NCBI GenBank assembly: GCA_040387715.1
Contig: JAZKDF010000001.1
Location: 326,420 to 390,419 of the forward strand
DNA length: 64,000 nucleotides
Origin: Pseudomonadota bacterium
GTDB lineage: Bacteria > Pseudomonadota > Gammaproteobacteria > Burkholderiales > Burkholderiaceae
Direction: 5' to 3'
The position numbers and the translations under genes are program-made. Below, one piece after another: positions 39,328 through 49,060 of this stretch. A model generated the notes under the pieces. That model did not search any database and had not been told where the DNA came from. It worked only from the letters and a program-made list of their open reading frames with translations. Position 1 is the stretch's first letter, and the number at the start of each line of letters is the position of its first letter.

Positions 39328-39328
39328 G

Positions 39329-40582
39329 ATGTCAGCACCAACACTTCGGTTTAGAGAGTTTTCAGGCGACTATTTTCATAAAATGCTTGGCTCCATTGTG
39401 GGATGCCTTGAATCGGGGGTTAGCGTTAACTCAGAAGATCGACCTATTTTAGGTGAAATAGAGACGGGGATTCTAAAGACAAGCTGCGTGAGTGACGGCT
39501 TCTTCAATGAAAATGAAAATAAAAAAATAATTGATTCCGAAGTTCATAGAGCCAAAATAAATCCAATTAAAGATTCAATTTTAGTAAGTCGAATGAACAC
39601 CCCTATGTTGGTTGGTGAAATAGGGTACGTGTCAAAAGATTATCGAAATCTATTTGTGCCGGATCGGCTATGGTTAATCAAAATTGGTGACAAAGTTAAT
39701 AACTCAACAAAATGGTTATCTCATCAGTTGACGACCAAAAAAATGAAGGCTCTTCTGAGCTCTATCGCGACAGGAACAAGCGGTAGCATGAAGAACATCT
39801 CTCAGCCTAATTTTTTAAATCTGATGGTTAATCAACCCAGCTTCCAAGAACAAACCAAAATCGCCAACTTCCTCACAGCCGTTGACACCAAGATCTCCCA
39901 ACTTACCAAGAAACATCAATTACTCTCCTCCTATAAAAAAGGGGTAATGCAGAAAATCTTTAGTCAGGAATTGAGGTTTAAAGATGACGAGGGGCGGGAG
40001 TTTGCTGATTGGGAAATAAAAACGCTAAATGATGTTGTGCTTTCTATAACAAACGGCTTAAGCGCCAACCAAAATGAATCTAATTTAGGTTACAAGGTAA
40101 CCCGAATAGAAACAATCTCTAATAAAACTATTGACCTTGATAGAGTTGGTTACATCGATACTAATTCCGATATTTCAGAATACAAATTAGATATTGGGGA
40201 TATTCTTTTCAGCAATATTAATAGCCTTTCTCATATAGGTAAGGTTGCTTTTGTGGATCAGGAATACGGCCTTTATCATGGCATGAACTTATTAAGACTC
40301 AGAATTGATAAAGCTAGCAATGCGCCAAAATTTATATATCAACTGTTAAGCTCAGAGAAACTCAAAAAGTCATTTGAAATAAAAGCAAATCAAGCAGTTA
40401 ATCAAGCTAGCATCAATCAAACTGAATTAAAAAAAACGGAACTGTGCATACCAAAAAAGGATGAGCAGATTAAGATTGCCAACTTCCTCACCACCATTGA
40501 CGATAAGATCACCAACGTCAAATCCCAACTAGAAGCTGCCAAGCAATACAAGCAAGGTCTCTTGCAACAGATGTTTGTTTAA
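39329..40582 (+). CDS. hsdS: Type I R-M specificity subunit
   Basis: Two TRDs separated by repeated EQ.KIANFLT..D.KI conserved regions. ATG at 39329. Confidence 0.93.
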   Translation: MSAPTLRFREFSGDYFHKMLGSIVGCLESGVSVNSEDRPILGEIETGILKTSCVSDGFFNENENKKIIDSEVHRAKINPIKDSILVSRMNTPMLVGEIGYVSKDYRNLFVPDRLWLIKIGDKVNNSTKWLSHQLTTKKMKALLSSIATGTSGSMKNISQPNFLNLMVNQPSFQEQTKIANFLTAVDTKISQLTKKHQLLSSYKKGVMQKIFSQELRFKDDEGREFADWEIKTLNDVVLSITNGLSANQNESNLGYKVTRIETISNKTIDLDRVGYIDTNSDISEYKLDIGDILFSNINSLSHIGKVAFVDQEYGLYHGMNLLRLRIDKASNAPKFIYQLLSSEKLKKSFEIKANQAVNQASINQTELKKTELCIPKKDEQIKIANFLTTIDDKITNVKSQLEAAKQYKQGLLQQMFV

Positions 40583-40593
40583 TTAAAGGCGCT

Positions 40594-43458
40594 ATGTCTA
40601 CCCAGTCTGAACTTGCCTTAGAAAATGCCTTAATTGAACAACTAGAGGGAATGGAATATTCCCGGATCAAGATTGATGATGAACCAGGCATGCTCGCCAA
40701 TCTCAAGCGCCAGCTAGAGATCCACAACAAAAATATTATCTTTACCCCTCTTGAGTTTGAAAAGGTTCTCAACCATCTCAATACGGGCGGCGTATTTGAG
40801 CGCGCCAAGATTTTGCGGGACCGCTATGCCTTAAAGCGCGATAACGGCGATGTAGCCTACATTAGCTTCATTAATAGTGATGACTGGTGCTTAAACGAAT
40901 TCCAGGTCACTAACCAAATCACCATGGAAGGCCGACGCAAAAATCGCTATGACGTCACTATTTTGATTAATGGTCTGCCCTTAGTGCAAATTGAGCTCAA
41001 ACGCCGTGGAGTAGAGCTCAAACAAGCCTTTCACCAGATTGTGCGTTATCAGCATGATTCTTACGATGCCGGCAATGGCTTATTTCAGTATGTCCAGATC
41101 TACATCATCAGCAATAGCGTTAATACCAAGTACTTTGCCAACAACAAAGGAGACTCGTTTGAGCAGACCTTCTTTTGGAGCGATAAAGAAAATAATCGCA
41201 TCTCTGATTTAAAAGAATTTAGTTCTGAGTTTTTAAAGCCTTGCCATATTGCCAAGATGATCACCCAGTACACGGTACTGACAGAAGATCAAATTAGCAA
41301 AGTACTGCGCCCTTATCAGTACTTTGCAACTGAAGCCATCGTTGAGCAAGTCAAAACCAGCGTGGCCAATGCCTATATTTGGCACACCACGGGTTCAGGC
41401 AAGACGCTCACCTCATTTAAAGCCAGCCAGATCATCAGCAAGATGGCTAAAGTGCATAAGGTGATCTTTGTAGTGGACCGCAAAGACCTAGACTATCAAA
41501 CCGCTAAAGAGTTCAATGCCTTTGCCAAAGATAGCGTGGATGCCACCACGGACACCCGCTCTTTAGTAAAACAATTGGCCGATGACACCAATAAGCTCAT
41601 TCTGACCACCATTCAAAAGCTTAATAACGCCATTACTGGCGAAAAATACCTCTCTAAGGTCAAAGATTTACAAGACAAGAAGATTGTCTTTATATTTGAT
41701 GAGTGCCATCGCTCTCAATTTGGTGATACCCACCGCAATATCAAAGCATTTTTCAAAAATGCTCAGATGTTTGGTTTTACGGGTACGCCTATTCTGGCTG
41801 AGAACGCATCTGGCAGTACCGGGCAACAACGCACCACTAAAGACCTCTTTGGTAATTGCCTGCATCAATACGTGATTGTGGATGCCATTAAGGATGAGAA
41901 TGTCCTGCGCTTTGCCGTGGAATATGTTGGCAAGTACCATAGAGCAAACTCGGGTAGTGAAATCGATATTGAAGTGGAGGCCATTGATACGAAGGGACTC
42001 CTAGATAGCCCCAAACGCCTTGGCAAGATTACCGATTACATCTTGGAGCACCATCGTCAAAAAACGAAACATCCTGATTTCACGGCAATGTTTTGCGTCA
42101 GTAGCGTGCAAAACCTCATTAGCTATTACGAACTCTTTAAACAAAAGCAATCTGAATTGCCGCCCTCAAGAAAACCCCTCAAAATTGCGACCATCTTTAG
42201 TTATGCCGCCAATGAGGAAGATCCCACAGCCAATGGCCTCAATGGATTAATCGCTGAAGAGAGCCCGACAATTGATGTAGCCAAGATCAATCCCTACAGC
42301 CGCGATAAGTTAGATAGTTTTATGGCTGACTACAACACCATGTTTGGCACCAAGTACTCCACCAGAGATAGTGAATCCTTTTACAACTACTACCAAGATA
42401 TTGCCAAACGCGTTAAACAAGGCCAGATTGATATTTTGCTAGTGGTCAACATGTTCCTCACCGGCTTTGATAGCAAAAGACTTAATACCCTGTATGTGGA
42501 TAAGAACCTTAAATACCATGGGCTGATTCAGGCATTTTCCAGAACCAACCGCATTCTCAATGAAAAGAAATCCCAAGGCAACATCATCTGCTTTCGAAAT
42601 CTAAAGCAAGCCACGGATGAGGCCATTGCCCTATTCTCAGATAAAGGGGCTAAAGAAGTCGTTTTGCTCGACCCCTATGAAGACTATGTCGCGAAATACA
42701 ACGCTGCCACTGAAAAACTCTTAGAAATTACTCCGACGGTAGGCAGCGTAGACGCCTTACTAGATGAAAATGCGCAACTTCTTTTTGTGATGCGCTTTAG
42801 AGAATTACTGCGCCTCAAAAATATCCTCACTACTTTTTCTGATTTTAAAGATACAGATCTGAATCTTCCGGAGCAATCCTTTGAGGATTACAAGAGCAAG
42901 TACCTTGATGTGCATGACAAAGTCAAAAAGGACAAGGAGCCAGAAAAGGTTTCCGTTTTAGAAGAGATTGATTTTGAACTCAGCCTCGTTCACCGTGATG
43001 AGATTAATGTGGCCTACATCCTCAGCCTATTAATGAGCATCCATCAAGTTGACCCTAAAGAAGCCAAGAAGCGTCAAAAAGAGATCATGGACATGGTCTC
43101 TGGTGAAGTGCAGCTACGCAGTAAGCGTCAACTCATTGAAGAGTTTATTGAGCAAAACCTGCCTAAGATTAAGCCTGAAGATAATGTCGTAGCCAAGTTT
43201 GAAGCGTATTGGGATGAGCATAAAGAAAAGGCATTCCAGCAGCTTTGTCTTGAAGAAAAAATTGCACCAGAGCAACTCAAAAAATTGCTTCAAAACTACC
43301 AGTTTGCTAATCGCTTTCCGCGCAATCAAGAAATTAAGGCTGCATTGGCGTTTGAGCCCAAGATTTTGGAAAGTAAATCGATCTTAGAGCGAGTCTCAGA
43401 AAAGATTAAAGGGTTTATTGATACCTACATTGAAGGCATGGGAGGCCCTCAGGGATGA
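40594..43458 (+). CDS. hsdR: Type I R-M restriction endonuclease
   Basis: D...QIELK nuclease motif, TTGSGKT, DECHRSQ, GFTGTP and QAFSRTNR motifs. Confidence 0.96.
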   Translation: MSTQSELALENALIEQLEGMEYSRIKIDDEPGMLANLKRQLEIHNKNIIFTPLEFEKVLNHLNTGGVFERAKILRDRYALKRDNGDVAYISFINSDDWCLNEFQVTNQITMEGRRKNRYDVTILINGLPLVQIELKRRGVELKQAFHQIVRYQHDSYDAGNGLFQYVQIYIISNSVNTKYFANNKGDSFEQTFFWSDKENNRISDLKEFSSEFLKPCHIAKMITQYTVLTEDQISKVLRPYQYFATEAIVEQVKTSVANAYIWHTTGSGKTLTSFKASQIISKMAKVHKVIFVVDRKDLDYQTAKEFNAFAKDSVDATTDTRSLVKQLADDTNKLILTTIQKLNNAITGEKYLSKVKDLQDKKIVFIFDECHRSQFGDTHRNIKAFFKNAQMFGFTGTPILAENASGSTGQQRTTKDLFGNCLHQYVIVDAIKDENVLRFAVEYVGKYHRANSGSEIDIEVEAIDTKGLLDSPKRLGKITDYILEHHRQKTKHPDFTAMFCVSSVQNLISYYELFKQKQSELPPSRKPLKIATIFSYAANEEDPTANGLNGLIAEESPTIDVAKINPYSRDKLDSFMADYNTMFGTKYSTRDSESFYNYYQDIAKRVKQGQIDILLVVNMFLTGFDSKRLNTLYVDKNLKYHGLIQAFSRTNRILNEKKSQGNIICFRNLKQATDEAIALFSDKGAKEVVLLDPYEDYVAKYNAATEKLLEITPTVGSVDALLDENAQLLFVMRFRELLRLKNILTTFSDFKDTDLNLPEQSFEDYKSKYLDVHDKVKKDKEPEKVSVLEEIDFELSLVHRDEINVAYILSLLMSIHQVDPKEAKKRQKEIMDMVSGEVQLRSKRQLIEEFIEQNLPKIKPEDNVVAKFEAYWDEHKEKAFQQLCLEEKIAPEQLKKLLQNYQFANRFPRNQEIKAALAFEPKILESKSILERVSEKIKGFIDTYIEGMGGPQG

Positions 43459-43650
43459 CTTAATCCATTTAATAACAGCCGCCGATGACTATCTTTGAGT
43501 AGATGTGATGGGGTTTGGATTGTTGCTTAACAGGGCCTCGAGATAGAAATTATTAGATTAGAAGTATTAATATCAAAACATAGTCATTTTCCCCGATTAA
43601 ATTATTGGCTTTAAAAGGCTGTCAGTGTGCCTAATGATTATTTTCAGGGA

Positions 43651-44397
43651 TTAATCCGTTTTTCTGGCGCCTTTTTTCTTTATGGTGTTCATTTGAAGAT
43701 TTCTCCATTCCTCATCTAGAGAAATTTTATCCATAATTTGTTTTGAATAATTGTGGTCCATTATGAAATCAATAAATTCCCTATAGTCAGTTGATTTAGC
43801 TATTTCCCTATAAGGTTCAATTTTTTCCTCAAGAATACTCAGCGCCAATTCAGTCAATTTTTTACCAAGTAATAGGTTTAGCTTGTTACTTAGGGACCTC
43901 ATTTTGAGTTCATATAGATTGGTTTCTGAATATGCAGCATATGTATTGTTTGGAATTGTTCCCTCAATGGCCGCTAATCTAAATCGAGCAATTTCTTTAT
44001 CTATCCCTGCGCCACAGGTTTTGATCAATTTTAAAGCGCTAGTGGCATCAATTGACAAGGCTGGCCACAACTTTAATCCTTCTGGCCCTGATAAATAAAT
44101 ATCCTTCGAGCCGGGTATTAAGTTATTTATCTTATCGAGGAAAACCTCATTCGGTTGACTCCCATCTGAGTAGTTTAGCCATCTAGATTGGCGTCCACCA
44201 AATCTCTTTTCTAGCTGATAGTTTGAGGTGCACCCAGATTCCCTAATTACGAACTCATACCAAGCAATCGCCCTCAGCGAATCAATCGGCCAAATATATC
44301 TTTTGTCGGTTGAATTTGTCGGAAGTTTTTTTGTGGTTTTGATGGTGCCACCTATCTTTAAGTAGGTTGTATTAAAAAAAAGTTTATTTCCAAATAT
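43651..44397 (-). CDS. Probable HTH-type regulator; the frame extends well beyond the TTG at 44070, with a likely ATA start
   Basis: The frame is open to 44436. The upstream translation ..DSLRAIAWYEFVIRESG..YQLEKRF..RWLNYSDG.QP..VFLDKIN..IPGS looks HTH-like. GGAGG lies 7 nt before ATA at 44397. Confidence 0.55.
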   Translation of the reverse strand: MFGNKLFFNTTYLKIGGTIKTTKKLPTNSTDKRYIWPIDSLRAIAWYEFVIRESGCTSNYQLEKRFGGRQSRWLNYSDGSQPNEVFLDKINNLIPGSKDIYLSGPEGLKLWPALSIDATSALKLIKTCGAGIDKEIARFRLAAIEGTIPNNTYAAYSETNLYELKMRSLSNKLNLLLGKKLTELALSILEEKIEPYREIAKSTDYREFIDFIMDHNYSKQIMDKISLDEEWRNLQMNTIKKKGARKTD

Positions 44398-44444
44398 TGT
44401 TAAACCTCCAAAAGAAAAGAGGGTTTCAAATGAATATTAAAACT

Positions 44445-44557
44445 TTAATAAGATACACACCAGTGCAATCTCCGAATTGCGGCGTACCAATGCTTGGATC
44501 TACAAATACGCCCCAGCACAAAATCAATAGAAGTGGCAAAAATTCGGAGGTGCAAAA
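44445..44557. promoter_or_regulatory. Candidate oriT / divergent promoter region
   Basis: Directly upstream of the trwA-trwB-trwC-like genes, with nested inverted repeats (CTCCGAATT/AATTCGGAG, GGCGTA/TACGCC, CCAA/TTGG). Confidence 0.45.
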
Positions 44558-44899
44558 GTGAAAACAAAGCATCTACGAGCCAGGCTACCCGATTCAGAGT
44601 ATGAGTTGGTCAAGGTCGCCGCAGATAAATTGGGCTTAACTATTAGTGAGCATGTTCGCTCTGTTTTAGCCTCTGGCAGGCTAGCAATTGCTCAGGAAGC
44701 TCTATTAGACAGGATTGACTCGCACCTATTGCACCTTCCAGCTGCGGTTAACTCGACCCAAGAAGTCCAGGAGCTTGAGCCATTTGTTGTCGAAATTCTA
44801 CTTTTGGTGCGAGAGCTCGTGTCTGAGCGAAATGCGCAAATTCTCTCTCGAGTTTCAACTCAACTAAATAACTACTATCCAGCAAGGAAAAGACTATGA
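44558..44899 (+). CDS. Ribbon-helix-helix relaxosome accessory protein (TrwA/MobC-like)
   Basis: LRARLPDSEYELVK.AA..LGLTISEHVR RHH pattern. It is the first gene of the mob operon. Confidence 0.7.
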   Translation: MKTKHLRARLPDSEYELVKVAADKLGLTISEHVRSVLASGRLAIAQEALLDRIDSHLLHLPAAVNSTQEVQELEPFVVEILLLVRELVSERNAQILSRVSTQLNNYYPARKRL

Positions 44900-45222
44900 G
44901 CAAGCATGATCCAATTTTCATCACCTTCAAGATCTATTTTTTCAGAATTATCTGGTTTTTTGGTATATCTGCGCTCCTAGCATTTTCCGTTTGGAGTTGG
45001 GCGTTAATCCATCTCTTTGGGATTGCATTCTGGGATTTATTCGGTCATCTGACTTGGGAATTTTTACCGCATATAAAAATTATCGAGCCATTGCTTGTAT
45101 GGTGTTCAATGGTTATTGGGGTGTTGGCAACAAGCTTGATTTTTTCCTTGATTCATATTTGGTGGCACCAACGTGGTGATCAATATCGCCGCGGATCTAA
45201 CCTTGGCAATAAGGGGGCTTGA
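44896..45222 (+). CDS. Two-TM membrane protein, probably the detached N-terminal anchor of the coupling protein
   Basis: Two hydrophobic segments ending in WHQRGDQYRRGSNL, then a stop 1 nt before the T4CP ATG. Confidence 0.6.
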   Translation: MSKHDPIFITFKIYFFRIIWFFGISALLAFSVWSWALIHLFGIAFWDLFGHLTWEFLPHIKIIEPLLVWCSMVIGVLATSLIFSLIHIWWHQRGDQYRRGSNLGNKGA

Positions 45223-45223
45223 T

Positions 45224-46450
45224 ATGGGGCTTATAAATAGTATTTTCGGCCCATCTTCTGCCAATCAAAAAATTGTCTTTGGCGGCATACCTCTTTCTCG
45301 AAAACTAGAGCCATTACATTTTTTATTGGTGGGCTCAACTGGTACTGGCAAAACAACGCTTGTGGATCAGATTCTGAACGCCGCCATTCCTCGAGGCGAT
45401 AGGGTGATCGTTTGCGATCCTGGTGGAAGGCACCTTAGTTTGTTTTCACGGGCAGGGGATTTGGTTCTTAATCCCTTTGACAAAAGGTCATCTGGCTGGT
45501 CAATATTTAATGAGATCCGAACGGATTTTGATTATGAGCGTCTTTCTGGATCAATTGTGCCGGAGGCGCAGGGGTCGGATATGCAGTGGCATCATTACGC
45601 GCGGGTGCTATGTGCAGAGACAATGCAGGCCCTAATGAAACGCGGAGAGGGCGCAACCGAAAGATTGATGTATTGGTTGACCATAGCCAAATCGGATGAG
45701 TTGGCTGCCTTGTTGGTCGGAACGCCGGCTCAGGGTTTATTTGATAAGGACGCCGCAAAAGCTTTGGCTTCAACACGTTTTATCCTCACGACACAACTTA
45801 ATCCCCATAAGTATATAAAGCCAGGTGATTTTAGTATTCGCGATTGGTTGATTTCAGGGTCGGGAAATTTATTCTTAACCTGGCGCGAAGACATGCAAAC
45901 AGCCTTAAAGCCATTAATTAGCACCTGGATTGATATTGCCTCTAATGCAGTTTTATCTCTTCCCGCAGATCAAGATCGGCGCATCTGGCTCATTTTGGAT
46001 GAATTGGGTGCTTTGGGGCGACTAAATTCGATTGAAAGTGCCCTAACAAGAGGGCGAAAGCATGGCTTATGTGTTGTAGCTTGCTTGCAAAGTACATCGC
46101 AGTTAGATCGTGTTTATGGGCATGACTCAGCCATCGTACTCCGTAGTTGTTTTAGAAATCTAGTCGTTTTGGCTGTCAGTAAAGCGGACCCGGAGACTGC
46201 TGAAACTCTGTCTAAAAGTTTGGGAGAGGCAGAGATTGACAGGCGGCAGCACTCAAGCTCAGATGGGCCAGGCGGAATCACCAAAAGTATTGCAACGCAG
46301 AGGGTTTCCGAGCGAATTGTGATTGCAAGTCAAATCACGGGACTTCCAAACTTGACTGGATATCTGGCTCTGGCTGAAAGTGCGGATACGACCCGCATTC
46401 AAATTACCCCAGTCAATTTTCCTATTGTCGCCCCTGCCATATTGGAGTAA
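45224..46450 (+). CDS. Type IV coupling protein, TrwB/TraD family, nucleotide-binding part
   Basis: Walker A GSTGTGKT, NPFDKRS, Walker B LDELGAL, and GRKHG. No N-terminal TM. Confidence 0.9.
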   Translation: MGLINSIFGPSSANQKIVFGGIPLSRKLEPLHFLLVGSTGTGKTTLVDQILNAAIPRGDRVIVCDPGGRHLSLFSRAGDLVLNPFDKRSSGWSIFNEIRTDFDYERLSGSIVPEAQGSDMQWHHYARVLCAETMQALMKRGEGATERLMYWLTIAKSDELAALLVGTPAQGLFDKDAAKALASTRFILTTQLNPHKYIKPGDFSIRDWLISGSGNLFLTWREDMQTALKPLISTWIDIASNAVLSLPADQDRRIWLILDELGALGRLNSIESALTRGRKHGLCVVACLQSTSQLDRVYGHDSAIVLRSCFRNLVVLAVSKADPETAETLSKSLGEAEIDRRQHSSSDGPGGITKSIATQRVSERIVIASQITGLPNLTGYLALAESADTTRIQITPVNFPIVAPAILE

Positions 46451-46453
46451 TGC

Positions 46454-49036
46454 ATGCTAACTATTTCAAAAGTGTCAAGCGGGGCAGCGGCAGCAAATTA
46501 CTACGAAGATTCTAGTGACTACTATCTCCGAGATGATCCATCTAGTTGGCAGGGAAAAGGGGCAGGAGCGCTTGGATTGAGTGGGCAGGTGGATTTTGAG
46601 ATATTTAGAAATCTCATTAACGGAAATCTACCCAATGGAGCCGAGATTCATAATGTTGGGAAATCTAGATGTGGTGCGCTAGATTTCACGTTCTCAGCAC
46701 CCAAGAGTATTTCGATGCAGTCCTTAGTTGGGGGTGATAAGCGCCTTATTGCCGCCCATGAATTAGCAGCCTCTAGAGCTTTAGATTATGCCCAAACTCT
46801 AGCTGCATATCGGATAACCAGTGATGGAGTTACCGTCAAAGAGCAGAGTGCAAATTTAACGGTTGCCACTTTTTTGCATGATTTGAGCCGCGCCAACGAT
46901 CCTAATTTACATACTCATGCGGTGATTTTAAATATTACCCAAAGACCAGATGGGGGATGGAGATCTCTGGAGCAAACAGATTTATATCGCCAAAAAATGC
47001 TGATGGGCGCTCTATATCGCTCTGAATTGGCGCAAGAAGTCAAAAAAATGGGTTATGAAGTTCGTGTGACTCACGTTGATGGGCGTTTTGAATTGGCTCA
47101 TATTAGCGAGGCACAAGTCAAGGCATTTAGCACTCGCAGTCAGCAAATAGAGGCAATGCTGTCAGACCGCGGTTTGACAAGAGAAACCGCCAGCTCGAAA
47201 GAGAGGGAGGTGGCGAATCTTGCGACACGTGACAAAAAAGGCGTCGTTGACCGCGAGGCGCTCATGAATGATTGGATCCAGAAAAGCCAAGAATTTGGAG
47301 TTGACTATAGCCCTTCGATCTCCGCGCAGATGAGTTGTAAGGCGGACTCATTTGGGGTTAAGGATGTTATTGACTTTGCAATTGAGCATACGACCGAGAG
47401 GCAGTCTATTGTTGAAAAGTCAGCACTAATGAGGGCTGCATTAGAGCGCGGTATAGGCGTTACTAATTTAACCTCAATTCAGAAGGAGATTGAGAGGAGG
47501 GTTGAAGTTGGTGAATTAATTGCCTCTGGGAGTCGCTATACAACTGAAGCTGCACTCAAGCGGGAGCTCGATATTATTTCCATTGCTCAAAGAGGTTCTA
47601 ACAGACTTACTCCAGTTGCACCTAATGAGGTCACCTCAAAATGTTTGTCAAATACATCATTGAACTTAGGCCAATCGGCTGCTGTGCGGCTAATTTTAAA
47701 TACCGAAGATAGGGTGGTTGCCATACAAGGCTCAGCGGGTACGGGTAAAACTTTCATGTTGGAGGTCGCAAAGAATTTGGCGGAGGCGGAGGGTTACGAA
47801 GTTCGTGGATTAGCTCCATCAGCTGCGGCCGCTAAGGAGCTGGAGAAAGTTGGCATTGACTCACAAACGATTGCATCGTTTGGGGCGTCCAAGAGCTCGA
47901 ATTTAAATGAAAAAACTATTTTGCTGGTTGATGAGGCGGGAATGGTATCAGCCAAGGATATGCAGTTTATTTTTCGGGCGGCCGAGTTAAGTAATTCAAG
48001 AGTGGTCTTGATTGGCGATACCCAGCAATTACAAGCGGTTGAAGCTGGCAAGCCTTTTGCGCAATTACAAGAATCTGGAATCTCAAGGGTGGAGGTGGGG
48101 GAAATTATTAGGCAAAGCGATCAATCTTTGCGTCTTGCAGTTGAGATGGCCTCGCAAGGGGAAATTGGTAGCGCCATTAGAATTTTAGAAAAGCATATTC
48201 ATGAGATAACTGATGATCGAAGTCGATATGAGCAAATTGCAAAAGATTATGCCGCTCTAGCTGAGAGTGAACGGTCTCAAACCTTAGTGGTTGCAGGTAC
48301 CAAATATGCTTGCACATCAATTAATCAAAACATTCGCTCAGAATTAGATTTGGCAGGCAATGGCATTCAGGTTGCCACATTAGAGCGCAAGGATTTAACG
48401 CAAGCCCAAGCCAAAATGAGCACTTCTTATCAGCCCGGAGATGTGATCGAGGCGAAAAAAGACTTTTCATCCCTTGGGTTGAGTCGGGGGGATTTGGCAG
48501 TTGTAGTGCATGGGGATGCTGGTCTTGTCCAATTGGAGCGATCAGACGGGGTGCAAGTTGATTGGCGGCCTGCTGTACAAACTAACATGATTGCTTACAA
48601 GGCAATAGATCGAGAATTTTCCTCTGGAGATGTGGTTCGATTTACTGGCAATGACTATGCGATGGGCGTTACCAACGGAGATCGTGCATTAGTGGCAAGT
48701 ATTGACCAAGAAAAGCAGTTAATGACGATGCAAAAGATGGATGGAGATGTCATTGCACTGGATCTTAGCCAACCTCAAAAGATTGACTATGCCTATTGCA
48801 CCACGATTCATTCGGCTCAGGGCCAGAGTTCAGAAAGAGTGTTGATAGAGGCTGATACGGCTAGTGCCACATCTAATGAAAATGCATTCTATGTAGCCAT
48901 TAGTAGGGCTAGGTCTGAGGTGGAGATTTATACGGACGACAAATACCAACTTCCAGAGTCCATGGGTCGCGAAAATGTAAAAGAATCGGCTCTTGAGCTA
49001 GTGCAAGAGAGCCGCTCGCATTCCTTCGATCTTTAA
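46454..49036 (+). CDS. MOB_F relaxase-helicase (TrwC/TraI family)
   Basis: N-terminal YY..DYY, DFTFSAPKS, HDLSR..DPNLHTH, and helicase motifs GSAGTGKT, DEAGM, GDTQQL and YVAISRAR. Confidence 0.95.
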   Translation: MLTISKVSSGAAAANYYEDSSDYYLRDDPSSWQGKGAGALGLSGQVDFEIFRNLINGNLPNGAEIHNVGKSRCGALDFTFSAPKSISMQSLVGGDKRLIAAHELAASRALDYAQTLAAYRITSDGVTVKEQSANLTVATFLHDLSRANDPNLHTHAVILNITQRPDGGWRSLEQTDLYRQKMLMGALYRSELAQEVKKMGYEVRVTHVDGRFELAHISEAQVKAFSTRSQQIEAMLSDRGLTRETASSKEREVANLATRDKKGVVDREALMNDWIQKSQEFGVDYSPSISAQMSCKADSFGVKDVIDFAIEHTTERQSIVEKSALMRAALERGIGVTNLTSIQKEIERRVEVGELIASGSRYTTEAALKRELDIISIAQRGSNRLTPVAPNEVTSKCLSNTSLNLGQSAAVRLILNTEDRVVAIQGSAGTGKTFMLEVAKNLAEAEGYEVRGLAPSAAAAKELEKVGIDSQTIASFGASKSSNLNEKTILLVDEAGMVSAKDMQFIFRAAELSNSRVVLIGDTQQLQAVEAGKPFAQLQESGISRVEVGEIIRQSDQSLRLAVEMASQGEIGSAIRILEKHIHEITDDRSRYEQIAKDYAALAESERSQTLVVAGTKYACTSINQNIRSELDLAGNGIQVATLERKDLTQAQAKMSTSYQPGDVIEAKKDFSSLGLSRGDLAVVVHGDAGLVQLERSDGVQVDWRPAVQTNMIAYKAIDREFSSGDVVRFTGNDYAMGVTNGDRALVASIDQEKQLMTMQKMDGDVIALDLSQPQKIDYAYCTTIHSAQGQSSERVLIEADTASATSNENAFYVAISRARSEVEIYTDDKYQLPESMGRENVKESALELVQESRSHSFDL

Positions 49037-49060
49037 AGAAGAATTCATTTCATTTTTAGC

